Positions 17,739 through 26,599 of a DNA stretch of 32,000 bases are shown here, one piece after another. The first letter of the stretch is position 1. The number at the start of each line of letters is the position of its first letter. The DNA lies in assembly GCA_008080745.1 (NCBI GenBank), contig SHMX01000003.1, forward strand, positions 30,001 through 62,000. Reading direction: 5' to 3'. Below the pieces are notes generated by a model that made no database searches, was not told where the DNA came from, and saw nothing but the letters and a program-made list of their open reading frames with translations. A program made the translations under genes and the position numbers. The stretch is from Candidatus Thorarchaeota archaeon (GTDB lineage: Archaea; Asgardarchaeota; Thorarchaeia; Thorarchaeales; Thorarchaeaceae).

Positions 17739-18400
17739 CTATTGCATACCCTACAATTATAATCTCTACTATCGAACCTATTATAATGATAATCGAAATA
17801 TTATCAAATGATAGGCCAGGTGGTACAGTTGTATTGGTCGATGTAGTCCCATCAAGGACCGTGTCCATAACTTGGTCCGACACTGTACTACCAGATTGGT
17901 CGGATACCTCTATGGTAAAATTCCAAATGCCGCTTGAGAAATCGTATAAGAGAAGAGTAACAGCAGTCTGATTGGAATCAGCTACCCGCTATATTTCATC
18001 GTAAAAGAATAGGACATCATTTTCATAAATCGCGCAGCTAGTTGGAGTATTCTCAGTGATAATCCAAGTGATATAAACATCATTAACACCAGTTGTGAAT
18101 TTAATATCGAACGGATTGGATATCTCAAGAGGTTTTTTGTCAAGTGGATACTCTTCTCTATTACCCCATCGGTCATGAGCTGGTTTACCATCAGGGATCC
18201 AGTTTCTAGAAATAGGTGAACTGAAGAAATCAGAAGGTCATGCAGAAAAGCATCTCTACATAAAAAGTAAACGATTTGCCCTCCTTATAATTAGTGTCTG
18301 ACAGTAATGGAAATATCAATAATTTTCTGCAATATTATGTCAAAGGAGATTGCAAAAAAGAGAATCTCCTGACATTTTATAGGCTTATACTAGCATTCTT

Positions 18401-21400
18401 CTATCCATAATAGTATCCAGAACTACCAGTATTACCTCTAGCTCTGCAGATTTGTGCTATCACTATTATAATCACAACAAATGAGCCAATAGTAATAATG
18501 ATAGATATTGTATCAAAAGGGTTCCCTGGATTGGTAGTAGTTGTTGTTGTGTCGTTAGTAGTAGTTGAGGTCGTGTCAGCGATAACATAAACCATTACAG
18601 TATCAGATATTGCATTTCCTCCTTCATCTACAACAACAATGGTGTAGTTATACACCCCTATGTCCAGACCATTCAGAGAAATTGCAATTCCTATTTGATC
18701 TTGGTTATCTGGCTCTCCAAATTCACTTGATACTAGTACTGTGTCGTCCAGATAGACGACATAAGATGCGGGATTTGCTTCCGTTACGGTCCATGTGATA
18801 GATTCACCCAAGGTCCCAACTATAAATTCTATATCGGAAGGTTGGGATATTTCAGGGTTGATGGTATCCACAATGGTAACAATAGTACTAGAATTACCTG
18901 TATTTCCGCTAGTATCACGAAAGATCAGAGTATAATTATAGACCCCCAATGATAAATCATCCATTGGTAGCGTAATATCGTTTCCTGACCAAGATATCAA
19001 CTCTGAAATTGTACCATTGATATATATCGAATAACTATCAGGATACAAATCCGATGCTTGCCAGGTTAATTCATTACCAGAAGATCCCAACTCAATACTC
19101 ATCGAACTAATGCTTGTAACCTCAGGTCCAGTGGTGTCGAGAACATGAACCTCAATGCTATGACTTGTGAACCTTGAGAAGGAATCATACACAACTATCT
19201 GGTACTCATACGAACCCAGTTGAAGACCGTCCACAGAGAATACTAATTCAGAACCATCCCAAGATCCACTTGTTTCCAAGTTATCATTAATGAATAGTTC
19301 ATAATTACTTGGATTATCTTCAAGAAAAGTCCAAGAAATCACATTTCCGATTGTACCTGCTTCTATAGTATCGTTTTCAAATGATACAAGTACGGGAGGA
19401 TTCATGTCAAAATTGGTAGATTCCAATTCGCCCCATTCATTATGTAGCGGTTCGCCATTAGGGTTCCAGTTTCTTATGTAGAGATGGTCTATATACCATA
19501 TCTCACCTGAGATCGAACCTTCGGTCAGACAAGGTTGTAGATCGATATCGGGAACCAGAGTGGATGTACTATGTACCTGACTATTATCTTGATACCATGT
19601 TGCAGTATCGTTCTTACGAAAGAGGGTATACGAGTGTTGATCAGTGATGGATGATGGAAAATAGGCGTATTCACCATCGAAAGATCCAGAAACTCCGGTT
19701 TCGAAATAGAAGTAGTTTGCAGAATTAGAACCATAGGAATCGATCTTTGATACGTTTTCGGGGTAGCCAGTTCTCAATTCTACAAGATGAGTGTTTTGAG
19801 TGGACAGACCGTTGGCATAACCGCGAACTGTATATGCTGTATTATAGGAGATATTTACTTTACCATCTATACTTCCTCGTGTTCCATCTGTGGATATCAA
19901 TTCTAGGTAGCCATTTGAAGTACTGATGTCCCCACTGGTCATATTCCATTTGTTCAGGTCAAGGTCCGCATTGAAATCGTCAAAGAACAGGAAGGTGGCT
20001 TCGCCATCACTGATACTCTCAGCTGTGGGATTCCCATAGTAGAGATAGATGCTCTGGTCAACATCCAGCGTATCATTCATCTCCACCCAGACCGTAGCGT
20101 AATCACCTGAAGTGGATTCCTCAATCCAGTAATCAAGAAGCGTTATTCCATCATCATCTGTGAATCGGATATCAGCAAAGTCACTCTTGCAGAGTTCGTC
20201 AAGATAGACAGTTGACCCAGAATCCGTACCCGATCCATACTGTAGGTCGAATGCAATCTGATAGTTGGTTCCAGAGCCAACCGCTCCACTGATGTTGTGG
20301 GCCTTTCTGTACTGCCAACTGGTCAACCATGGGCTCTCCACTTCACCACTAGAGCTCACAGCAGGTTCATTATAGATATACTTTCGAACGTAGAAGTCGT
20401 CCAGCATGAACTCGTCACCCAGTCCATTTTTCCCCCAGCCATAGACCCGGAAGCAGCTGAACCCACTTATTGGGTCCTCTCGTCGGTTCTCTCCTGGATA
20501 GGTGGTCCCGTCAAGGGTGAGATTGGTCTTTCCAGCTGAACTGGCCTTGTACTCGAGATCATACCAGGTATCTGGAAGGGCACTGATTCCATCCTGAAAG
20601 TCATGCAATACCCCAGCAGTGTCACGATATGCAAAGTCGTACTGTATTTCCGTAAAAGCGGACACTGAGAAGGCAGGGTCCCAGGTATGTCTGTCTACGA
20701 TACTACTGATGAACTGATAGGCCCGGATCTCCCAGTAGAACTTGAAATGTACCGCAATGTTGGTATGTTCTTCAAAGTAGGTCCCGATAACCTGGGAACC
20801 CGTTCCAGTGGGATCTTCTTGAAGATGACCAACCATACCAGAACGACCACCAGGAGCTGCTGCAAGCTCCCAGGTGTCACCAGCCTCTGTTTCGTTTACC
20901 TCCCACTTGGACAGGTCGGCCTCAAAGTCGTCAAAGGCGATGAAGGTGGCTGTACCATTGCTGATAGACTCAGCAGCTGTGTTGCCATAGTAGAGATAGA
21001 TGGTCTGGTCAACATCAAGGTTATCAGCTATCTCTACCCAGACTATTGCGTTGTTTCCAATAGTCATCTCCTCCATCCAGTAGTTCAAGAGGGTGACTCC
21101 ATCATCGTCTGTAAAGCGGATGTCGCTAAAATCACTATTGCATTGACTATCGAGATAGATATCCCAGCAGATATCAGATCCGCTTCCAAAATGGATCGTG
21201 AATCGAACTTGATAATTATTACCTGCTCCCATACTACCTTTAATGGTTACAGATTTACGACATTGCCAATCATATAACCAATTAGATTCTGCAGAGAGAG
21301 ATGAATCTTTCTGCATATATCTCGATACGGAATCAAAGTCTTCAGAAATTTCAATCTGCGGCGTATAGAAAGCACTTAAGACAAAAAGCACAATCACTAT

Positions 21401-21430
21401 CACTATGGGTATTATTTTCTTTGCCCTCAT
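18401..21430 (-). CDS. Membrane-anchored surface protein: signal/TM - two DUF2341-like (plus LamG-like) modules - three Ig-like repeats - Thr-rich linker - TM anchor
   Basis: N-terminal hydrophobic leader; repeated W..RK...I.G..G.G.NYQ...DF.DIRFTDDDG.TLL.YW.E...A.VWVE...L....IYLYYGN..A; three D..[GN]P....ITW...[ND]P..Y Ig-like units; TTTTTT then a TM helix. Confidence 0.9.
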   Translation of the reverse strand: MRAKKIIPIVIVIVLFVLSAFYTPQIEISEDFDSVSRYMQKDSSLSAESNWLYDWQCRKSVTIKGSMGAGNNYQVRFTIHFGSGSDICWDIYLDSQCNSDFSDIRFTDDDGVTLLNYWMEEMTIGNNAIVWVEIADNLDVDQTIYLYYGNTAAESISNGTATFIAFDDFEADLSKWEVNETEAGDTWELAAAPGGRSGMVGHLQEDPTGTGSQVIGTYFEEHTNIAVHFKFYWEIRAYQFISSIVDRHTWDPAFSVSAFTEIQYDFAYRDTAGVLHDFQDGISALPDTWYDLEYKASSAGKTNLTLDGTTYPGENRREDPISGFSCFRVYGWGKNGLGDEFMLDDFYVRKYIYNEPAVSSSGEVESPWLTSWQYRKAHNISGAVGSGTNYQIAFDLQYGSGTDSGSTVYLDELCKSDFADIRFTDDDGITLLDYWIEESTSGDYATVWVEMNDTLDVDQSIYLYYGNPTAESISDGEATFLFFDDFNADLDLNKWNMTSGDISTSNGYLELISTDGTRGSIDGKVNISYNTAYTVRGYANGLSTQNTHLVELRTGYPENVSKIDSYGSNSANYFYFETGVSGSFDGEYAYFPSSITDQHSYTLFRKNDTATWYQDNSQVHSTSTLVPDIDLQPCLTEGSISGEIWYIDHLYIRNWNPNGEPLHNEWGELESTNFDMNPPVLVSFENDTIEAGTIGNVISWTFLEDNPSNYELFINDNLETSGSWDGSELVFSVDGLQLGSYEYQIVVYDSFSRFTSHSIEVHVLDTTGPEVTSISSMSIELGSSGNELTWQASDLYPDSYSIYINGTISELISWSGNDITLPMDDLSLGVYNYTLIFRDTSGNTGNSSTIVTIVDTINPEISQPSDIEFIVGTLGESITWTVTEANPASYVVYLDDTVLVSSEFGEPDNQDQIGIAISLNGLDIGVYNYTIVVVDEGGNAISDTVMVYVIADTTSTTTNDTTTTTTNPGNPFDTISIIITIGSFVVIIIVIAQICRARGNTGSSGYYYG
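19991..21050. repeat. Intragenic duplication of the DUF2341-like module (offset 951 bp = 317 codons)
   Basis: 19991-20099 aligns ungapped with 20942-21050, including ccatagtagagatagatg[c/g]tctggtcaacatc (31 of 32 nt identical). Confidence 0.85.
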
Positions 21431-21844
21431 AATTATTCCAACCTATATAGTAAACATGAAACTTTCTAAATAAATAAATCGGTTGTTGGTTCTGTGCTTC
21501 TTACTGTTGGATTAGTAATTTTAGGGCCCTATATTACTATAAATTGGAAAAGAAAAGTTGACAATTATGTGTATGACATATTCGATTCCGATTTTATATC
21601 AGTTCTAGAAAGACACGAGGAATTACAGGATGATGAACTATAATAAGAAATTATCAAAGGATAAGAAATCTACAGGAATCATAGTTTTACCACTATATTA
21701 TGAATTTACGTAAGTTATCCATAATAGGAATGACGAATAGAGTGAAGCTTAAATATCGCCTGACCGGAGCGAATCTTGAAGGATAGATTACATTTCTGAA
21801 GAGATCTATCATTCGACTCATTCAAATCTACGAGTAGGACCCCA

Positions 21845-22507
21845 ATGAAGCAGATAATTGCCCCTTCCATTTTGTCAGCAGATTTTACTAATCTCGAACA
21901 AGACATCAAGGCAGCAGAACGCGGTGGAGCTGACTATTTCCACATTGATGTGATGGATGGTCACTTCGTTCCCAACATTTCCTATGGACCAATCATGGTA
22001 AAGACCATGAAGAAAATAACGGATGTTCCACTAGATGCGCACCTGATGATAGAAAACCCCGACAAATATATCCCAGATTTTGTCAAAGCAGGAGCTGACC
22101 TGATTATTCCGCATGTGGAAGCTCCTCATGACATCTACAGATCTGTTCAGTTAATTAATAATCTAGGAGTGAAAGCGGGAATTGCTCTGAATCCAGGTAC
22201 GCCAATTTGCTGTATCGAGCCATTAATTGAACAAATTGATGCAGTTTTGGTCATGAGTGTATGCCCAGGGTTTGGTGGCCAGTCATTTCAGTTGGAAAGT
22301 CTAAGAAAAGTAAGAAAAATTAGGGAACTCCTAGATGATCTCAAACCTAGTGTTCACGTTGCAATCGATGGCGGAATTAAAAGACAGAATGTCGAAGAAG
22401 TTCAAAAAGCGGGTGCAAATTTCTTTGTGATGGGTTCGGCAGTCTTTGGTCAAGAGGACATAGAAAATACTGTTAGAGAATTGAAGGGAGTAGTAGAAAA
22501 TAGATGA
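21845..22507 (+). CDS. rpe: Ribulose-phosphate 3-epimerase
   Basis: IAPSILSADF, HIDVMDGHFVPN, DAHLMI, VMSVCPGFGGQ, IDGGI. Confidence 0.97.
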   Translation: MKQIIAPSILSADFTNLEQDIKAAERGGADYFHIDVMDGHFVPNISYGPIMVKTMKKITDVPLDAHLMIENPDKYIPDFVKAGADLIIPHVEAPHDIYRSVQLINNLGVKAGIALNPGTPICCIEPLIEQIDAVLVMSVCPGFGGQSFQLESLRKVRKIRELLDDLKPSVHVAIDGGIKRQNVEEVQKAGANFFVMGSAVFGQEDIENTVRELKGVVENR

Positions 22508-23346
22508 ACATTGAAGAGTTGAGGAAGCAATCCATCCATAATAGAATAGATATCATTGAGATGATTGCTGAGGCTGGTTCAGGTCACCCTGGAGGGTCGT
22601 TGTCTTGTATCGATATTCTCACAGTCCTCTACTTTGATAAAATGAATATTGATCCCGCTAATCCAGAGTGGAGTGATCGTGATAGATTTGTACTTTCAAA
22701 AGGACATGCCGCTCCTGCACTCTACGCTTGCCTAGCAGAGAAAGGATATTTTTCCAAACGCACATTACTCACACTTAGAAAGCTAAAATCAATTCTTCAA
22801 GGACATCCAGACTGTGTACGCACTCCTGGAGTAGACACCTCATCTGGTTCTCTCGGACAGGGACTTTCAATCGCGAATGGCATGGCTCTTGCGGCAAAGA
22901 TTGATGGGAAAGACTACCTTGTATATGCGGTACTCGGTGATGGTGAGATACAAGAAGGACAAATTTGGGAGGCAGCAATGACTGCAGCTCATCATTGTCT
23001 TGGGAATCTTATTGCGTTTGTTGATTGGAATGGATTACAGATAGATGGTCGATGTGATGAGCTAAAATCTATTTGTCCAATTGAAGACAAATTTTCAGCT
23101 TTCGGTTGGCATGTAATATCAATTGATGGGCACGACTTTGAACAGATTATCCGAGCTATTGAAGAAGCTCAAGGTGTTACTGATAAACCGACTATGATTG
23201 TGGCAAAGACAACCAAGGGAAAAGGTGTAAGTTTCATGGAAGATAATATTGGTTTTCATGGAAAAGCCCCTAATGAAGAAGAAACCAAGCAAGCATTACA
23301 GGAACTCCAAGAATCACTAGAGCAAGAAGGGGGTACAGATGAGTGA
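22504..23346 (+). CDS. tkt: Transketolase, N-terminal (ThDP-binding) subunit
   Basis: SGHPGGSLS, DRFVLSKGH, GSLGQG, GDGEIQEG..WEA, KTTKGKG, HGKAP; overlaps the rpe stop. Confidence 0.96.
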   Translation: MNIEELRKQSIHNRIDIIEMIAEAGSGHPGGSLSCIDILTVLYFDKMNIDPANPEWSDRDRFVLSKGHAAPALYACLAEKGYFSKRTLLTLRKLKSILQGHPDCVRTPGVDTSSGSLGQGLSIANGMALAAKIDGKDYLVYAVLGDGEIQEGQIWEAAMTAAHHCLGNLIAFVDWNGLQIDGRCDELKSICPIEDKFSAFGWHVISIDGHDFEQIIRAIEEAQGVTDKPTMIVAKTTKGKGVSFMEDNIGFHGKAPNEEETKQALQELQESLEQEGGTDE

Positions 23347-24305
23347 ATAAGGGAGACCTCTATGAAACTCGTGGTGCATATGGAGATGCCTTGGTAGAGC
23401 TGGGAGAAGAGATAGGCAAACAGATTGTTGTGCTTGACGCAGACCTTTCTGGCTCCACCAGAACAAGCAAGTTTGCTGCAAAATTCCCAGAACAATTCAT
23501 CAATATGGGAATTGCAGAGCAAGATATGATGGGGACAGCAGCAGGTTTAGCTCTATCCAGCAAGACTGTATTCGCTAGCACCTTTGCAATATTTGCAGCA
23601 GGACGACCATATGAACAGATTCGTAATTCAATAGCGTATTCGAAGCTAGACGTAAAAATCGTCGCTTCACATGGGGGAATCTCTGTAGGTCCCGATGGAT
23701 CATCACATCAAGCCATTGAGGACATCTCACTAATGAGAGCAGTACCAAATATGCGAGTAGTGGTGCCGTGTGATGCTCGTGAAACTATTAGTGTGATAAA
23801 GACAGCAGCAAAAACCCCCGGTCCGTTCTATATCAGAGTAATGAGACCCAAAACCAAAATTATCACTGAGGAGGATTATGAGTTTAAGTTAGGAAAATCT
23901 TCAACAATGCGAGCAGGTTCAGATATCACAATGGTCGCTTGTGGTCTTATGGTAGAGATGGCCTTGGATGCTGCTGAATTTCTAAGCAGAGAAGGAATCG
24001 AATGTGAAGTCATAAACTGTTCAACTATCAAACCAATTGATGAGGATACAATTACAAGAAGCACACTAAACACGGGAGCTTGTATCACCTTAGAAGAAAA
24101 CACAATCATTGGAGGATTGGGTTCTGCAGTAGCAGAAACTCTAGGTGAAAGAAATCCTGTTCCAATGCTCCGAATAGGCATTCAAGACAAATTTGGTCAA
24201 TCCGGAACACCTAAGGAGCTTATGGATACATATGGATTGAATAGAGCTCATATTGTGTATGCAGTACGAGAAACCCTAGCAAGAAAAGTTGAAAACGGGA
24301 GATAA
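23343..24305 (+). CDS. tkt: Transketolase, C-terminal subunit
   Basis: [35 protein letters not shown]. Confidence 0.96.
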   Translation: MNKGDLYETRGAYGDALVELGEEIGKQIVVLDADLSGSTRTSKFAAKFPEQFINMGIAEQDMMGTAAGLALSSKTVFASTFAIFAAGRPYEQIRNSIAYSKLDVKIVASHGGISVGPDGSSHQAIEDISLMRAVPNMRVVVPCDARETISVIKTAAKTPGPFYIRVMRPKTKIITEEDYEFKLGKSSTMRAGSDITMVACGLMVEMALDAAEFLSREGIECEVINCSTIKPIDEDTITRSTLNTGACITLEENTIIGGLGSAVAETLGERNPVPMLRIGIQDKFGQSGTPKELMDTYGLNRAHIVYAVRETLARKVENGR

Positions 24306-24312
24306 AAGAAAC

Positions 24313-24960
24313 ATGAAATTCTTTATAGACACAGCAAATGTTGATGCAATCAGAAAGGCACATGAACGAGGAATGGTGGATGGAGTTACGACTAATCCTT
24401 CACTCGTTGCAAAAGAAGGAAAAGACTTTAGAAAGATAGTCGATGAAATCGCTTCTTTCGTCAAAGGACCAATTAGTCTTGAAGTGGTAAGTGAAGATGC
24501 AGAAGGAATGTTCAAAGAAGCAAAAGAACTGAATGGATGGATAGACAATGCTGCAATTAAGGTTCCCATGACATGGGAAGGACTTAAGGCTACTAGAATG
24601 TGCGCTGACGAGGGAATCGCAACAAATGTTACTCTTTGTTTTAGTGCAAATCAAGCCTTACTAGCAGCAAAGGCCGGAGCTACGTTTGTATCACCATTCA
24701 TTGGTAGATTAGATGACATAGGTCATACAGGAATGGATCTCATTGCTGAGACCGTTCAGATCTTTTCAAATTATGGCATGACTACCGAGGTAATCGTAGC
24801 AAGTGTAAGACATCCCATTCACGTCAAAGAAGCAGCAATCCTAGGTGCGGATATTGCAACAATTCCACCTTCAGTGCTTGAGAAAATGGTTAATCATCCT
24901 CTAACTGATATTGGAATTGAGAGATTTCTTGCAGACTGGGAGAAAGTAAAGAATAAGTAA
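24313..24960 (+). CDS. tal: Transaldolase (short Tal/Fsa type)
   Basis: [27 protein letters not shown] (Schiff-base Lys), [16 protein letters not shown]; start reassigned to ATG 24313. Confidence 0.95.
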   Translation: MKFFIDTANVDAIRKAHERGMVDGVTTNPSLVAKEGKDFRKIVDEIASFVKGPISLEVVSEDAEGMFKEAKELNGWIDNAAIKVPMTWEGLKATRMCADEGIATNVTLCFSANQALLAAKAGATFVSPFIGRLDDIGHTGMDLIAETVQIFSNYGMTTEVIVASVRHPIHVKEAAILGADIATIPPSVLEKMVNHPLTDIGIERFLADWEKVKNK

Positions 24961-25036
24961 TGATAAGATACTTCACACTGAAATGGGAAGACAGATATGC
25001 TCGTTGCATCTTGTCTTTCCTATCAGGGTGTGGATT

Positions 25037-26590
25037 ATGCAAATCGAGGCAGACCTTGTTGCTTTCAATGGTAATATCATTACAATGGATCCCGAGCTTC
25101 CAAAGGCATCTTGTCTTGCCATAAAAAGTTGGAAGTTCCTTACTGTAGGAGAAGAAGAACACATTGAGGATTTAATCACCACAGCAAAAAGAGTCATAGA
25201 TTTGGGTGGTAAGACAGTTCTTCCGGGTTTCATTGATGCTCATACTCATATCACCAGTGCAGGAATTCGAGCAAACCATATTCATCTTCATGCCATGAAT
25301 TCTATTGAAGAAATAAAGAATGCCCTGAAAGAGGCTTTACCCAGATACGAACAAGGCTCTTGGGTATTAGGTCACGGTTGGGATGAAAGTAAGTGGGCTG
25401 AAAAGAGGTATATTGTTGCAAAAGACCTTGATGATGTCAGTACGGACCATCTCATTCTTCTAGATCGAGTAGATGGACATCTAACCTCTGTCAACTTAGC
25501 TGCATTTCAAAAGCTCAAAATTCCCGAAGATCATGAAGGAATTATCAGAGATGAAAAAGGAAACCCTACAGGGGTCCTGAAGGACATTGAAGATCTACAT
25601 AAGGCCATAAAACTTACAGATAAGGAGATATTTGATGGGATTCTTGCTGCTGGGAAGATAACTAGTCGTAATGGTATCACTACTGCAGTGGATAATGCAA
25701 GAGCTGGAATGCTTCGACACCTCAGAACTGCAGAATTTAGTAATCATCTTCACGCGAGACTTGTTATCAATCCTCCTGTAAATATGATGGATTCAATGAT
25801 TAAACTAGGAGTCACCTCATGTTGGGGAAGTCCTATGCTAAGAATTGGAGGGGTTAAGATATTTGTCGATGGGTCAATAGGAGCTAGAACTGCATACCTC
25901 TCCAAGCCTTATGATGACGATTCAGAAAACAGAGGAATACTTCTCTATGATAAGAAAAAACTGAAGAAAATTATCGAAAAGGCAGTGCAAAATGATATCC
26001 AAACTGTAACTCATGCAATTGGTGATGAAGCAATTGAGATTGTAATTTCTGCCTTTGAAGAGATAGAGGAAAAAGAAGCAATCCGGCGACAAAGACATAG
26101 AATTGAACACGCAGAGATGATTAGTGAATATCAGATTCGGCGTGCGGTGGGACAAGGTCTCATACTCTCTATGCAACCTAATTTTGTGGGTGAATGGCAA
26201 CAGGAGGATGGCATGTATGTGCAAAGAGTTGGTAAAGAACGTACTCGTGGAATGAATATGTTTCGAGTCGCATTAGATAATGGAGCCAGAGTTTGTTTTG
26301 GTTCAGATGGTATGCCTTACGGTCCACTCTATGGTATCTGGTCTGCAGTGACTCATCATAACGACAGGGTGCGTTTAGATGTAGATGAAGCAATTCGATG
26401 TTATACCATGGAAGGAGCATATTCAGTATTTATGGAAAAAACTATCGGCAGCATTTCTGTTGGAAAACGAGCAGACTTTGTAGTTCTCTCCGAAAACCTG
26501 ACTAAAGCAGCCCCTGAAAGAATCAGAGATATAGCCATTGAATCGACCTTCGTAGGCGGTATAGAGGAATATTCAGCGCATCGTGTGTGA
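25037..26590 (+). CDS. Amidohydrolase 3 family (YtcJ-like) metal-dependent hydrolase
   Basis: PGFIDAHTH, KIFVDGSIGARTA, HAIGD, RIEHAE, FGSD; start reassigned to ATG 25037. Confidence 0.92.
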   Translation: MQIEADLVAFNGNIITMDPELPKASCLAIKSWKFLTVGEEEHIEDLITTAKRVIDLGGKTVLPGFIDAHTHITSAGIRANHIHLHAMNSIEEIKNALKEALPRYEQGSWVLGHGWDESKWAEKRYIVAKDLDDVSTDHLILLDRVDGHLTSVNLAAFQKLKIPEDHEGIIRDEKGNPTGVLKDIEDLHKAIKLTDKEIFDGILAAGKITSRNGITTAVDNARAGMLRHLRTAEFSNHLHARLVINPPVNMMDSMIKLGVTSCWGSPMLRIGGVKIFVDGSIGARTAYLSKPYDDDSENRGILLYDKKKLKKIIEKAVQNDIQTVTHAIGDEAIEIVISAFEEIEEKEAIRRQRHRIEHAEMISEYQIRRAVGQGLILSMQPNFVGEWQQEDGMYVQRVGKERTRGMNMFRVALDNGARVCFGSDGMPYGPLYGIWSAVTHHNDRVRLDVDEAIRCYTMEGAYSVFMEKTIGSISVGKRADFVVLSENLTKAAPERIRDIAIESTFVGGIEEYSAHRV

Positions 26591-26599
26591 GGAGTTTAC

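Larger units (their letters stand above)
17436..17748 (-). mobile_element. 313-bp internally deleted, non-autonomous IS607-family element (left end + tnpA 5' relic + tnpB 3' tail + right end)
   Basis: Flanked on the minus strand by GG at both junctions (GTAG[GG]TATGCAA...TGTGCAAC[GG]TTTCAA), and excision restores the host frame. Relic LYTVAPAARPPGVYT*TIR (17681-17620) resembles the MerR-type HTH start of IS607 serine transposases. Tail KYAAVSCTEAQNACEEEVR...AASMKQE resembles TnpB C-termini. Three heptamer motifs sit in inverted orientation at each end. Confidence 0.85.
17376..18213 (-). pseudogene. Decayed 3' fragment of a paralogue of the adjacent DUF2341/Ig-like surface protein, interrupted by an IS607-derived element
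   Basis: One minus frame reads RNWIPDGKPAHDRWG...PLEISNPFDIKFTTGVNDVYITW...GIWNFTIEVSDQSGSTVSDQV...TTSTNTT...DNISIIIIIGSIVEIIIVG, collinear with the intact gene (RNWNPNGEPLHNEWG; PEISQPSDIEFIVG..ITW; GVYNYTIVVVDEGGNAISDTV; DTISIIITIGSFVVIIIV). In-frame TAG at 17989-17991 and no start. After removing 17436-17748 the frame continues FQISRYSRGSQASGYYYEF* (intact: AQICRARGNTGSSGYYYG*). Confidence 0.88.

Noticed and set aside
17410-17748. Group I intron (IStron) within the IS607-derived element; GATATAGTC resembles J8/7-P7
   Set aside because: That motif lies outside the element in host codons (CGA TAT AGT C). The ~160 nt not assigned to the omegaRNA is too short and is explained by the left end and the tnpA relic.
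17989-17991. Pyrrolysine read-through of the in-frame TAG
   Set aside because: The same relic lacks a start and its 5' part and carries an IS insertion; ordinary decay is the simpler explanation.
17399-18191. Short ORF-track calls 17399-17629, 17403-17600, 17683-17883, 17786-17971 and 17982-18191 as genes
   Set aside because: They are antisense, off-frame or partial readings of the pseudogene and IS relic.
20297-21277. Antisense ORFs of 80 and 196 aa inside the surface-protein gene
   Set aside because: Shadow frames expected from locally higher GC; no protein-like motifs.
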